The notes under the pieces are model-generated. The model was given only the letters and a program-made list of their open reading frames with translations, ran no database searches and was not told the DNA's origin. Positions 16,031-27,400 of a DNA stretch of 64,000 nucleotides are shown piece by piece. This stretch comes from Candidatus Woesearchaeota archaeon. Lineage in GTDB: Archaea; Nanobdellota; Nanobdellia; Woesearchaeales; ARS49. Made by a program: the position numbers and the translations under genes. The DNA lies in contig JACQMS010000019.1 of the NCBI GenBank assembly GCA_016203445.1, positions 7,473 through 71,472 on the forward strand, written 5' to 3'. Positions within the stretch are counted from its first letter, which is position 1. The number at the start of each line of letters is the position of its first letter.

Positions 16031-18232
16031 TTGGTTAAAGCTCAAATTTCGTTGTTCATAATAATCGCTCTCGCAATTTCTGCGATTGTTGGAGGTGTTG
16101 TTTACACCGTTCAATCTCAAAAGGTTTCTATTACAGAAGCAGAAATTTTGCAGGTTTCCAGAGCTCCTGTTGAAGCTAGACCTGTTGAGGATTTTGTTCG
16201 AGCGTGTATGGATGAAGCTTTGCTGCGAGGCGTTATTTCTGTCGGTGATCGCGGCGGTTATTCTCCCAGCGATTCTTTTTCTGTTAACCCTTCGGACCCA
16301 ACCGATTCTGAGGCCATTCCTCTGGCCGAAGGTGTTATTGATGGTTCTATACCTTACTGGCGTTTTATGTCTTCAAAAAATAAGGATTGCCCGAGTAGTT
16401 CCTGCGTTTTATCATCTAAAATGCCTTACTTGTTGAAGAGTGATGGTTCTCCATCAGTTGAGGGGGCCGTTGAAAAAGTTTCTAAACAATTCTTGCTTGA
16501 TTGTATTGCTGATTTTTCTCAGCTTAAAAATTCCGGCTTTACTGTCGTTCCTAAAAGTTCTCCATCTTTTTCTGCAACGATTAATGACCGAGGCGTTGTT
16601 GGAGTTTTAAAATACCCCATTATAGTTACTCGTGATGATAAATCCTATAATATTGAAACTTTTTATTCCAATGTTGAAGTTCCTATAAAAGATTTGTACG
16701 AGCTTTCTAGCGCTATTACCAAGGAAGCTGGTGATTCTAACTTTTTGGAATACTCTGTTATTAATTATCTTGATATGTTCACAGGTCTTGATGATGATTC
16801 TTTGCCTCCGATTTCTGATTTGGATTTGAGCCTTTCTCCAAAGTCTTGGAACGTTCTTGATGTTAAGGAAAAGGTTTCTTCATCAATTATTCCTCAAGCA
16901 ATACTTTTCTTGCAAGTTTTTCCTTCCAAAAATTATAAAGCTTTAGAATCCCCTTTTCCTTTGAGTGAGGAGAGGGAAGCCGTTTTCAGCATGCTTTACA
17001 ACAGGGATTTTAGGACTTCACTAATTAATAAAACTTCCAAGCCCATAATTGTTAACGTAAATTTTGAGCCCGTTACAGATTTTTCATTAACTCCATATTT
17101 TAAGATGAATTGTGAAGGTGTTTGTTCTGCTGAATCTTTGAACATTCTTGGAGTTCTTCCTTTAGGCATTCAAAAGTATAATTTTGCTTACGATATTTCT
17201 TACCCAGTCATTGTGAGGTTGGAGGATCCTGATGCTCTTAACGGTCTTGGATACTCTTTCCAGTTTGGCTTGGAGGGCAATATTAGGAGTAATGAGCCTG
17301 TTAAGGGTTCTTCGAGTATTGTTCAAAATTCTGATTTTTCTTCTACTATTTCTTTGTTTTCTCAGAAAGAGCATTGGACTTCCGGCGATGTCAAAATTGT
17401 TATTTCAGATCTCGTGAATCATGATAATAACGCCGCGGTTGTTTTCGAGTGCGGTACTAAAGCGGCATCTTTGGGTATTGTTAATAATTCTATTACTACA
17501 AAACTTCCCAGGTGTACTGATGGTCATCTTAGAGCTGTAAAGCAGGATTATTCTTCTTCTAACCCTAGAATTTCTACTTTTACCAGCGATCCTCAAATTG
17601 TTGGTATTGACATATCTCCCATAGTCCCTGTTTTCTTCACTGTAAAAAAGGTTCCCTTGACGAAGAATTCTGATAATAATTGGAATTTGCTTTCTGACCG
17701 CAGAGAGTCTCTTGATAACGGCGAGAGCGTTCTTGTAGTTCTTGACAAAATAGGCGGTGGTGATTCTATTACTGCTGTTAGCCAATTGTTTGGCGGCTCT
17801 GCTAAAACTTCCAGCACCAAGAATTCTAGCATTAGTGCCGGTGATTACTCTGTAAGCATGTTTTTAACAAGGAAATCCCCTAAAGGTGAGGAGGTCATAA
17901 TAATGCCTCAAGAGCGTTGTTATGGCCCTGGTGATCTAGGCGATGTAATTACTGGTGACGAGGAGTGTGCTATGGTTCCTGCAAAGCCCGAAGTTTTTAA
18001 TGAAACTAAACCTTTGCTTCTTGGCCAGTCAGAGTTTAACATGACTATAACTTCTGGAATGATTTCTGCTAAGGGTGTTAATATTAATTTGTTAGTTCCT
18101 TATGCTGATTTGAAAAGCGCCTGCGATTCTGGTATTTGCGTTATTGAAGATTTGTCAGTTCCTTCAACTGCTGGTGATTATGTTTCATTATACCCTGATG
18201 TTTTCAATCCTGTGGTGGTGCCTAAAAGATGA
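16031..18232 (+). CDS. Membrane-anchored 733-aa protein, first gene of giant surface-protein cassette 1 (paralogue of 44502-46508)
   Basis: N-terminal TM 'SLFIIIALAISAIVGGVVYTV'. Shared blocks with the 668-aa protein: 'RPVEDFVRACMDE…GDRGGY' versus 'RPVYDFVKSCAEQ…GLQGGF', and 'IPYWRF' versus 'TPLWYH'. Its stop overlaps the next start (ATGA). Confidence 0.55.
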   Translation: MVKAQISLFIIIALAISAIVGGVVYTVQSQKVSITEAEILQVSRAPVEARPVEDFVRACMDEALLRGVISVGDRGGYSPSDSFSVNPSDPTDSEAIPLAEGVIDGSIPYWRFMSSKNKDCPSSSCVLSSKMPYLLKSDGSPSVEGAVEKVSKQFLLDCIADFSQLKNSGFTVVPKSSPSFSATINDRGVVGVLKYPIIVTRDDKSYNIETFYSNVEVPIKDLYELSSAITKEAGDSNFLEYSVINYLDMFTGLDDDSLPPISDLDLSLSPKSWNVLDVKEKVSSSIIPQAILFLQVFPSKNYKALESPFPLSEEREAVFSMLYNRDFRTSLINKTSKPIIVNVNFEPVTDFSLTPYFKMNCEGVCSAESLNILGVLPLGIQKYNFAYDISYPVIVRLEDPDALNGLGYSFQFGLEGNIRSNEPVKGSSSIVQNSDFSSTISLFSQKEHWTSGDVKIVISDLVNHDNNAAVVFECGTKAASLGIVNNSITTKLPRCTDGHLRAVKQDYSSSNPRISTFTSDPQIVGIDISPIVPVFFTVKKVPLTKNSDNNWNLLSDRRESLDNGESVLVVLDKIGGGDSITAVSQLFGGSAKTSSTKNSSISAGDYSVSMFLTRKSPKGEEVIIMPQERCYGPGDLGDVITGDEECAMVPAKPEVFNETKPLLLGQSEFNMTITSGMISAKGVNINLLVPYADLKSACDSGICVIEDLSVPSTAGDYVSLYPDVFNPVVVPKR

Positions 18233-21200
18233 TTAATAATATTATCAACAAAACGGTTAGTGAGATAATTGATAAGAGCATTATTAACAAATTGTTTTTT
18301 CGCGGAGTATTATTGTTTTTGTCGCTGGCTCTTTACTCCGCAATAGTTCTCGGAGCTACTGCTTCGCTTGATGTTTCTTATACTGGCGCTCTAGGAATTA
18401 CTAATGTTGCTACTGCTAATGATAATATTACTTTCAATGTTCGCGTTAACCTTCCTGCAAGTCTTGACTCTTCACTTGATACAGGCCAGGTTCAATACTC
18501 TTTTGGTGGCAGAAGTGTTCCCATACCTTGCGCCGGTGTTAGCCTCGGTGTTTACGAGTGTTCTTTCTTGTTCAGTCTCAGAAATCAGCGTTCTAATCTT
18601 AACATTAACGTTTTGCTTTTCAAGGATGGTTTTATTGGCGACGTTAACAGGATTCACGCTTCAAAGTCTGTAACCATTTTTGTTGATTATACTTCGCCGG
18701 TTGTTGACAGGCTTATTCCCTCAAGGAAGGGTTCTCAAATAAACATTTCTTTTAGGGCTGTTGACGGCGGCGGTGATTGTTCAACTATTAAGAGTAGCGG
18801 TGTTAAGAGTGTTGAGTTTCGTTTGGGAACTCCTGATGGCGCGATTATTGATACCGTTCCGGGGCTTGAAGGTATTTGTTCTTTGAGTTCTGAATTTCTG
18901 TACACTCCGAATAGTCAAGGTGATTTAAGGATTTGCGCTATTGCCGAAGATTTTGCCGGCTTGAGGAGCGCTCCTAAATGCGCGCCTGTTGCTTTTGACA
19001 GCACTCCTCCTATCATTGGAGATTTTAACCTCGTAAAATTTTCTGATGATTCTTCATTATTGCAGTACGTTCGCTCTAGAGATAAGACTAGCGCGATAAT
19101 CAAGGGTTTTGTTATAGGTTCTGACACTAGTATTATAAAGATTGACGCTACAAAAATTATTGGTTCCGGCAGTCCTTTGATTGTTATGAGTAATTTGCGT
19201 CCTAACTCTAACAATATTACTAATATTAGCAGTACCGTTCAGGTTTCTCCGGGGACTATTAATGATTGTTCTTTTATTGTTACTGCTATTGATTCTTCAG
19301 GCAATGAACAGTCTCAAACTTTTTCTTGCGGCCCTCTAAATGTTGATGATCAAGGTCCCACAGTTTCAAATCTCCCCCAATCCGGAAGAGCTTTCAAAAT
19401 TTTTGATTCCTTCACTGCAGACTTTGCAGATCCTTCAAGTGTTAATGTTGGATCCATTGTTGCTTTTATTGGTTCTGTTGAAACTCCTAAAACTCGTTGT
19501 GATAATGAGCTCGCTGGAGTTACTCGCTGTTATTGGGATAATGTTATGTTTTCTAGGGGTGCTTCGAAGATTACTATTCCTAGAACTGTTTCTGACGGGT
19601 ACGACAACACTTTAGACTCTGATGTTATAATTGATATAGAAGTTGTTGGCGGCTCTCCCGGAATTTCTTCAACGTCTTTACAGTTTGAAGATTCCGGCGA
19701 TAATATTATTCCTGACAGAGAACTGGTTAGGGGCGGAAGGGCTAGATTTACTTTCCGTGTTGAAAACATTTCTGGAATTCCTAAAGCTAACTTTTCTATT
19801 ATTGGTATTAGCAGTCTTGTTGATGCTAACGTGTGCATTGATGATGTTGACGGCTTCAAGAATTGCACTTTTATTCCTACTATTGAGAGGGACGGCCCTT
19901 ATTCTGGTGTTGTTCAATTCATTTTTTCTGACAGGGCTGGAAACACAGTTATTAACAACAGAACTCTTGCAGTTTCTGGAGTGCACTCTGGAGTTTCTGA
20001 CTTTTGGAAGGTTAGCAGTGTTACTTGCACTCCATCAATTATCGACAGGTTTTCAGCATCCATTAAAGAATACCCAGTTCGTTGCAAAGTTGATCTTTCC
20101 CCAAAAATTTCTGGCAGTTTCACAACTTCAACCATTAGACTACACCCCGATTACGCTTCCAAGTGTTCCAACATTAATATTGTTGACGATTCAGATATTG
20201 ATGTTATGAATGGTATTACAGGAACTACGACCCCGTTCTTGAGGTTTAACCTCGCTAAGAGCGTTACTGGAGAGCCTCAGAAGAATTTAACTTGCCCGAT
20301 ACAAATATTTTCTGTAGTTACTAATTCTTCAGGAAAATATTTCTCTGAAATTCCTGAAGAAGAAAACGTGACAATGGTTTTGCGCTTTGGGGGCGGTACT
20401 GTTGATGACAAATTCTCAAAATATTACGGTGAGATGGATGACGCTATTGACGATGCTGAAAAGATTAATAGTTGGATTGGTGATACTAAGAAGTGGTTGG
20501 GAACTGTTGAAAGCATTTGCGGTTTTAAACAGCAATTGACTAATACCAAAATAGTTTTGGAAACTGCTACCGGGCTTATTGGAGGTATTGCAGAAACTAT
20601 AAGACCTATTGATGGCGGTAGTCTTGATTCATTTTATGATTTTGGAGCGTGTCCTACAACTGAAAGTTCCACTAAACTTTTGGAAAAGTTAGGAATTGGT
20701 GGAGGCGGTGATGGTAAAGGGTTGCTGTCAGAAATTGGCAGTTATGTTGACAAGGCTTGCGCCGTAGTGACTTGCAAAGGTTCTGCTGAAAATCTTCCTT
20801 GGTATTATGGCGGTGGAACTGCAGATATTGGCGGGATAGCGAGCGGGATGGATAGTGTACGAAATCGTGCTCAAAGTATTGCAGAAATATTTTCTCCCAA
20901 AGATCCTAATAAAAAGTTTGACACTTTTGGCACTGATGCGGATATTAAGAATTCTATAATATTGAGTGCTGTAAGACTTTGCATTCCCGGAATAATTCAC
21001 AATCTTGATAAGTATAATCAGATACAGTGCGAGTATGCTAGATGTCTTGTTGAGGACGTTCCTAGAAAGAACCAGCCTTCGAGGGTTTGCAGGATGGCTA
21101 AACAGTCAGCAACTTGCAGTCTTGTGATTGGTGAAGCTTACAGTATTCTTCCATTAAGAGTTTGGGATGATTTGATGAACAAGATTACAAAACTTTTTTA

Positions 21201-21453
21201 CGCTCCCGGACCAGTATTCATACAGCAAGCTGTAGGAAAGCTTTGCAGTACTTCTTGCGAGCAGGCGAAAACCGGCCCCGGGTGGAATTTTGTGAGGTTT
21301 TCTTGCGCCAGCGTTAGCTTGTGGTCAGAATCAAAAAACGTAATTGAAGAGTGGAGTTCTAAAAACAAATTCAAAGATTGGTGGTCTTCAGGCTCTAGCT
21401 CTTGTGATAATTTAGACGAGGTGAAGAAAAAATTAGCAGTACTAAAATCTTGA
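18229..21453 (+). CDS. Giant secreted/surface protein (1074 aa) with an N-terminal TM/signal and a Cys-rich C-terminal region
   Basis: N-terminal 'LFFRGVLLFLSLALYSAIVLGATASL'. Beta-rich S/T/N/G/D composition. C-terminal cluster of about 14 Cys. ATGA overlap on both ends. Confidence 0.55.
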   Translation: MINNIINKTVSEIIDKSIINKLFFRGVLLFLSLALYSAIVLGATASLDVSYTGALGITNVATANDNITFNVRVNLPASLDSSLDTGQVQYSFGGRSVPIPCAGVSLGVYECSFLFSLRNQRSNLNINVLLFKDGFIGDVNRIHASKSVTIFVDYTSPVVDRLIPSRKGSQINISFRAVDGGGDCSTIKSSGVKSVEFRLGTPDGAIIDTVPGLEGICSLSSEFLYTPNSQGDLRICAIAEDFAGLRSAPKCAPVAFDSTPPIIGDFNLVKFSDDSSLLQYVRSRDKTSAIIKGFVIGSDTSIIKIDATKIIGSGSPLIVMSNLRPNSNNITNISSTVQVSPGTINDCSFIVTAIDSSGNEQSQTFSCGPLNVDDQGPTVSNLPQSGRAFKIFDSFTADFADPSSVNVGSIVAFIGSVETPKTRCDNELAGVTRCYWDNVMFSRGASKITIPRTVSDGYDNTLDSDVIIDIEVVGGSPGISSTSLQFEDSGDNIIPDRELVRGGRARFTFRVENISGIPKANFSIIGISSLVDANVCIDDVDGFKNCTFIPTIERDGPYSGVVQFIFSDRAGNTVINNRTLAVSGVHSGVSDFWKVSSVTCTPSIIDRFSASIKEYPVRCKVDLSPKISGSFTTSTIRLHPDYASKCSNINIVDDSDIDVMNGITGTTTPFLRFNLAKSVTGEPQKNLTCPIQIFSVVTNSSGKYFSEIPEEENVTMVLRFGGGTVDDKFSKYYGEMDDAIDDAEKINSWIGDTKKWLGTVESICGFKQQLTNTKIVLETATGLIGGIAETIRPIDGGSLDSFYDFGACPTTESSTKLLEKLGIGGGGDGKGLLSEIGSYVDKACAVVTCKGSAENLPWYYGGGTADIGGIASGMDSVRNRAQSIAEIFSPKDPNKKFDTFGTDADIKNSIILSAVRLCIPGIIHNLDKYNQIQCEYARCLVEDVPRKNQPSRVCRMAKQSATCSLVIGEAYSILPLRVWDDLMNKITKLFYAPGPVFIQQAVGKLCSTSCEQAKTGPGWNFVRFSCASVSLWSESKNVIEEWSSKNKFKDWWSSGSSSCDNLDEVKKKLAVLKS

Positions 21454-24400
21454 GGAGTATTGTATTGATGGTTGTGATAATGAATATTTTCGTTGCAACC
21501 CTAGGAGTTATCCAGGATACTGATTCTATCAGCATCGGTGATGATACTTCTTGGATTGGTGAAAGGTATCCTATATTGGTAAACGGGCAAGAAACGGGGT
21601 TTTACCTCTCAAGTCGATCTAACAATAATTTCTACTTGATGAAAGATTCTTTTGGTCCTGACAAACAAGCAGGGATATTGCCGGTTCCAGAATCTGCTGA
21701 TAAACCACTGACTCTTCTTGGTGCTGGATCTTCTGTTGATGCTGATGCTCGAACAGAATATTTTTCATTGTTTGGAAGTAATACCAGAACAGCATCTGCT
21801 CTTCGTGATAGTATTAGAATATTTAATACACAATATAAATCATCATCAATAAATTCTCGAGACACTTCTGTAATTGTAAGCTCTTCGAGAACTTTGCAGG
21901 ATGCAGATAGTCAGGCACGGCAAGATTTGTTAGCTCGCTACTCAACTCCTAGAGAAGTAATAACCACTGGCGCTCAGCTTCCCGGGGAGTCTGCGTATGA
22001 TACATTGTTAAGAGAGGTTGAAGAAGCATTATCTTCAGGTGTAGAATTTACGACTTTAGTGCGTGATGATTTAATAAATGATATTGATATTATTAGAAAT
22101 TCTGCAGAGCCCGGATCTGCATTATCTGTAAGAGCATTAGAAGTTAGTGATAGACTGCAAGAAGTAACTCCTATTGATGCTTCAGCCATTGATGCTGCGC
22201 GTGCAGAAAGCTCTTATAACTTGCTTGTGGATGCGTCTGCTGGAGCCGTTCCTGACACTGGTCTGGGGAGTGGCGCTGACGAAAGTCCTGCAATAGCTTC
22301 AGCAACTAGCGCTAATGGAGGAACTCCTGTCACTGGAGTTTTTAATGCTGGTAGTGGAACTTCTCAAAATAGTGTAGATTTAAAACCCAATTCTGCTCTT
22401 TCTAAAACTGAAAAAGATACTGTTATTTCTAGATCTCAAGAGTTTTTCAGTCAAGATCCTAGTGAACAACTTTCTCGTCGTGCTGGAAAACTTAATAGTA
22501 TAGCAGTTCCCGGAACAACCCTTTACATTGTTGATAATTCTGGAGGTATGATTCCTTATATTGTAAAATCAAATGCGGGTAAGGGTGGTACTACTAATTC
22601 TGTTGTTTTAATAGGTTCTAATGGTATAGAACGTACAGTTACTGCTCAAGGGCTTAATGGTTATGATGTACAATTTGATCCTTCTCTAAGAGTTAGAGGT
22701 GCTGATGTTCAAAGAGCTATTAATTTTATTAAAGGAACTAGCGCGTCAACAACTACTACTCCTGCAGCTCTAACTCTAAATGATAGAATACTAAGTATTA
22801 GTTCAACAATAGTTGTTGATGGCGTAACTGTTGAGAATGAAAATGGTTATGAGTATTATACTTCCAAACCGACTCTTACAACTATTAGTTCTGGTTCTGG
22901 ATCTCAAGAGGTTTATGTTTATGATGTTAAAATTAATGATCGCACTTTTAGAAGTGATAGTGTTGTTGATAGGGTTTATGTTGATAAAAATGGAAATTTG
23001 GTAAGGGATACTTCTGGAAATGTTCTTACAAGTTCTAATATCGCGGGGGGTGGTAATATTGATTCTTCATTGCGTGATGAATGGCGTCAATTTGTTAATA
23101 AAGCTTTTACTGGTGATCAAAACAATGGCGGGGGTGTTGAATCGTTCATCGTAGGTCTTGGAAATATTCAAAGTAGAGTTTCTGTTACTGCTACTCGCGC
23201 TCCCGAACAAACTACTGATGGTACCGATAATGGTATAAGCACAGAAGCGGCGTTGGCACAAGAGCTTAGTAGACAAAGCACGGCTCATTTTGGTGCAGTA
23301 ACTGAAGGAGATTTTACTTCAACGGATTCTACAAACTCTCCTACTATTCTTAATGATATTCAAGATATTAATGAAGTATTATTGTCTGCAACGAATAATA
23401 ATAGAAAGCTTTCTCAATCAGAGGAAACTGCCGTTTTGAATGTTTTAAACGATGTTACTAATCAACTTCGCGCAACAACTAATGGAGGAACTTTGAAGGA
23501 TGCGAGTTCTACAGAACTTAACAGGATAAGAACTGCTTTACAACTTATGAATATGAGAATAAAAATAGTTACTAATGATGACTCTCAAGCGCGATCGGCT
23601 GTTATTTCAACGAAAAACTCTGTTCAGGATGTTTTGTATGAAAGAACTGCAATTACTATATCAGAAAATGCTGATGCAGATAATGCTGATGATGCATATT
23701 CCGACACACAATCACCTGTTACTTCTAGAGCTGTTTCGTTAACTTCTAGAAACGCTCCTACTGATGGTGTTAACATTGTTGTTAACGGAAGAACTGCTCA
23801 AAGTTTGAACGGTAACAATTTATACCTTTATACTAGTGACGGTGTTAATTTTGAGATTCGAGAAGATGTTAGAGCTTCATTGAACCCTTTAACTTGGTTT
23901 ACTAGTAAAGATCCTGTTATTGCGTCCGTAACTCTTGATGCGTCTAATAACTTGCGCGTCTCAACTCCTCAACCTCCAATAACCAATAATGGTGAGCAGA
24001 TGATTGGTAGTTTAACTAATGGTTTGAGAGTTTCAGATATTGAGAATAATAATATTTGGGGCGGTATTCTTGCAAGTGTTAAAAACGCGGTGAAAAATCC
24101 TTCATCGCCCGCAAGACCGACACCAGCACTAATACTTAGCCAAAAAGTTGAGGAAGTTAACCCTATTGTTACCGCCCCCACCCAACAGATTCAAGAATCC
24201 ACTCCCTCGATAAATACTTTACCAATTGTTAAGCATGATGCTATTACAACTCCCCTTACTGATTCTGAAGTTAGAGATACTGCCACTTCAATTTTGGAAT
24301 TGGTTAAAGCTGATGGCGTAAATGTTGATAGAGTTGCATTTGTTGAAAATTTTATATCTGATGTACAATCATCCAATACCATATTGTTAGGCAGGGATGC

Positions 24401-27400
24401 AAAAAATTTAATTGATGCTTTAAATAATCCTGCTAGAAAGTTTTCAGATGCCGAAAAAGTGCGTATTCAAGCAATGCTTCCAACATTAGAGAATTGGCGT
24501 GATACCAGATTTTATCCTCCTGACGGCTCTTCCGCAATTTCTAATGTAAACGTTCCACAAGGTAACATGGTTGTTCCTACGCCTTCTAAAATATCTATCA
24601 TTCTTCAGGACAGGGGTATTTTTAGCGACGGTTCTAACATACAGGTTGATGGTAATGTATTGAGTAATTCTGCTGGGCAAGAGTATTATGTTTCAGAACC
24701 TTCATCTGAAGTTCGCAATATTAATGGCGCTGATGAAACTGTTTACACTTATGAAGTCAGAGTTAATGACGGAGTGTTTTCTGATTCTGTTGTAGAACGT
24801 ATTATTATTGGTAGTGATGGTCGCATTATTAACAGGTTCACGAGCGGTCTTGATAGATCTAAGGTTAATGAATGGAATAATAATGTTAATATTGCTGTTG
24901 GAAAAGTTACGAAAAATTCTCAGACTGACGGCTCTCTAATATTTGCTAGATACATAGGGGTGCAGACTCTTGCAAATAATGCAGAATTTGGCAGTGATAC
25001 TGTTGTTGAAATTCCTTCAGATAAATCAGCAAGTAGCTCTCCTACAGTCACTTTTTCTTCTAGGGGTCTTGGTGATGGTGTCGCTTTAATAGTTAATGGT
25101 GTTACTGCCACTAGCGCTAATGGTAATCCATTATATCTTACCACCCGCGATAAAGGCAATACTTTTGAGGTTAGAGAAAGCGTTGGTTTTGGCACTGGTG
25201 GAATAACTAATATTTTCTCTACAGAATTTTGGGGTGCTGACAGAACTGTTACTGTTGCTACAGCAAATCCAGGAAGTGTAGCTAGCTCCAGCAATTCAAT
25301 TGCTCCATCAGTGACTGTTGCTAATGGTGATCTGAATATCGGTGGTGGCGTTAAATTAAGTGATGCACTTAATAATCCAATCATTGTTGCCGCTCTTAAC
25401 AATATAAAGGCGAAGCCTAAAGATGAAAATTTTAATCCTACAAACGCTTTGAGAAGTGCATTAGGTGATGTAAGTGTTCAAGTAGACACTGCAAATATTG
25501 AAGTTAAATCTGTACAAGTTCCCGCTACTACACCAGAACTCGATACTAATACTCCGGGAGTTCCTGAAAGTACTGCGCCCTCCCTTGCCGTTACCGCAAA
25601 CGCACCCTCTGAAGACGCTAGTGCTTTCGTCGCTAGTGATTCTACTAAACTAGATTCCTTTTTGGCAGATTCTTCTATACCTGGTGGATTTAAGAATAAA
25701 ATAAGAGATCTTACTAGAGGAGTGAGTGGTAATACTATTGGAAGTGCGAGTATAAATCCTGCCGCCAGAACTATAACTTATGCTGGTGGTTTAGTGTTAA
25801 CATTTGATAGTGATGGGAATTTATTATCTGGAGCTGATACTCCCGCCGCCCCTCAACCAGTCCTATCTCCAGAACTTTCCGCAACCGGTGATTCTGGTAG
25901 TGATGATAAATCTGCTGGATCTGGCTCGCCGCTCATGATTGGTGGTTTGCCTTTGACTCTTTTATCTCAAATTGCTGTTGATCATTTGACTGCGGTTGTT
26001 GATGTGCAGAGAAAGTTAAATCAGATATCAAGTGACATCCAAAATTCTCCTTCTACTGTCAGAGATTTTGTTATAAGTTCTATTACTAATCTTCGAGGAA
26101 TAAAATCTTACGATAAATCCAAGAATACTATTACGATGTCCGACGGTACTACTGTTTACTTTTCTGATGCTGGTAGAGTTGAGGTGAGAGATCATAACAT
26201 TAATATTTATCTAGGCTCATCAAGAAGTAGTTCTGTTACTCTTCAGGGTATTACTGATTATCCTGACCTTTCCAAACTTCCGGGAATTGTTAATGCACTT
26301 AAAAATGCGGGTGTTGAAGATAATGATTTGGTTGATGCAATAGAAAATAATGGTGTGGAATTCGATTTAGATACAGCATTTAATGGACTTACTGGCGGCG
26401 CTACTTCTGAGAAAATTACAATAAACCCTGATGGAACTGTCACAAGCATGCTTATCGATAATACTGGTAAAGAGTTCGGTTCTTACTCTGTTAGTGCTGA
26501 TGGTAATACTCTTAGTTACACCGTTAATGGCAAGCCAAGATTCTCAACCGATGTTGATGAGCATGGTAGTATTAATTCTTTCAGAACTTCTGAAAGAGAT
26601 ACTAATGGTGATGTCGTGCTTGGCAGTCCTGTCAATGTCATTCAATTTAATGATCGTAATGCTGGAAAGGTTGGAACTGTTGGCACCGGTTCTGATACTC
26701 GTGATGTTGTTGCTGATGCTAGCGGTAATTTATGGAAGGTCGAACCCGGTAGAGATGCTGTGGCGGAGTCCGGTAGTACTACCGATTCTCCTGCAGTTCC
26801 TGAAAGACTTGTTCCGCTAGATGATACGATAGAAGATGCTAGTGGTAAAACTGAGAAGGACAGATTTATGGAATCTCTCGGTAATGCTGCTGATGAAAAA
26901 ATTGGTGCCGCTTCTGATGCTACTAGAAGGCTAAATTCTCAGAAGTCTCTGAGTGATTGGTGGTCTGAGGATGTTCGTGGTTCTTCGTTGACTGATTGGG
27001 GTAACACAGCTTTTGTTACTCTTTTTGGTGCTACTAATACTAAGTATGATAATATTGCTGATGCTATTATGGATTCTTGGAATTCTGATTCTTGGAAGAG
27101 AAAGAGTGAGGAGTCTGTTAAAAAGTTGTGTGACAAATATGGTCTTGGAACTTTTAAAGAGTGCTATGCTTCTAAGATTTGTACTAGCAATTTCGTTACT
27201 ACTACTGGTCGTGGTGCTAGCGTTACTGTAGGTTCTCCTGCTGGAGGTTCTGCTGTTACTTTGGAAGCGTCTCGTTCTTTGCCTATTAATGATTCTTCAG
27301 GTACTTCTTACGTTTACACTGTAGAGTTTTACGTTCAGAATCCTTTGAAAGAAAATCTTTCTGTAAGCGTTGAACTTAGGGGTTCTACAACCAAGACTGG

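Noticed and set aside
19643-20209. Long antisense/alternate-frame ORFs inside the giant genes (for example 19643-20209, 26431-26820, 27013-27231, 12435-12920, 59160-59642)
   Set aside because: They are low-complexity Leu/Phe/Ser-rich translations of the opposite strand or an off-frame of strongly supported genes. These are typical shadow ORFs.
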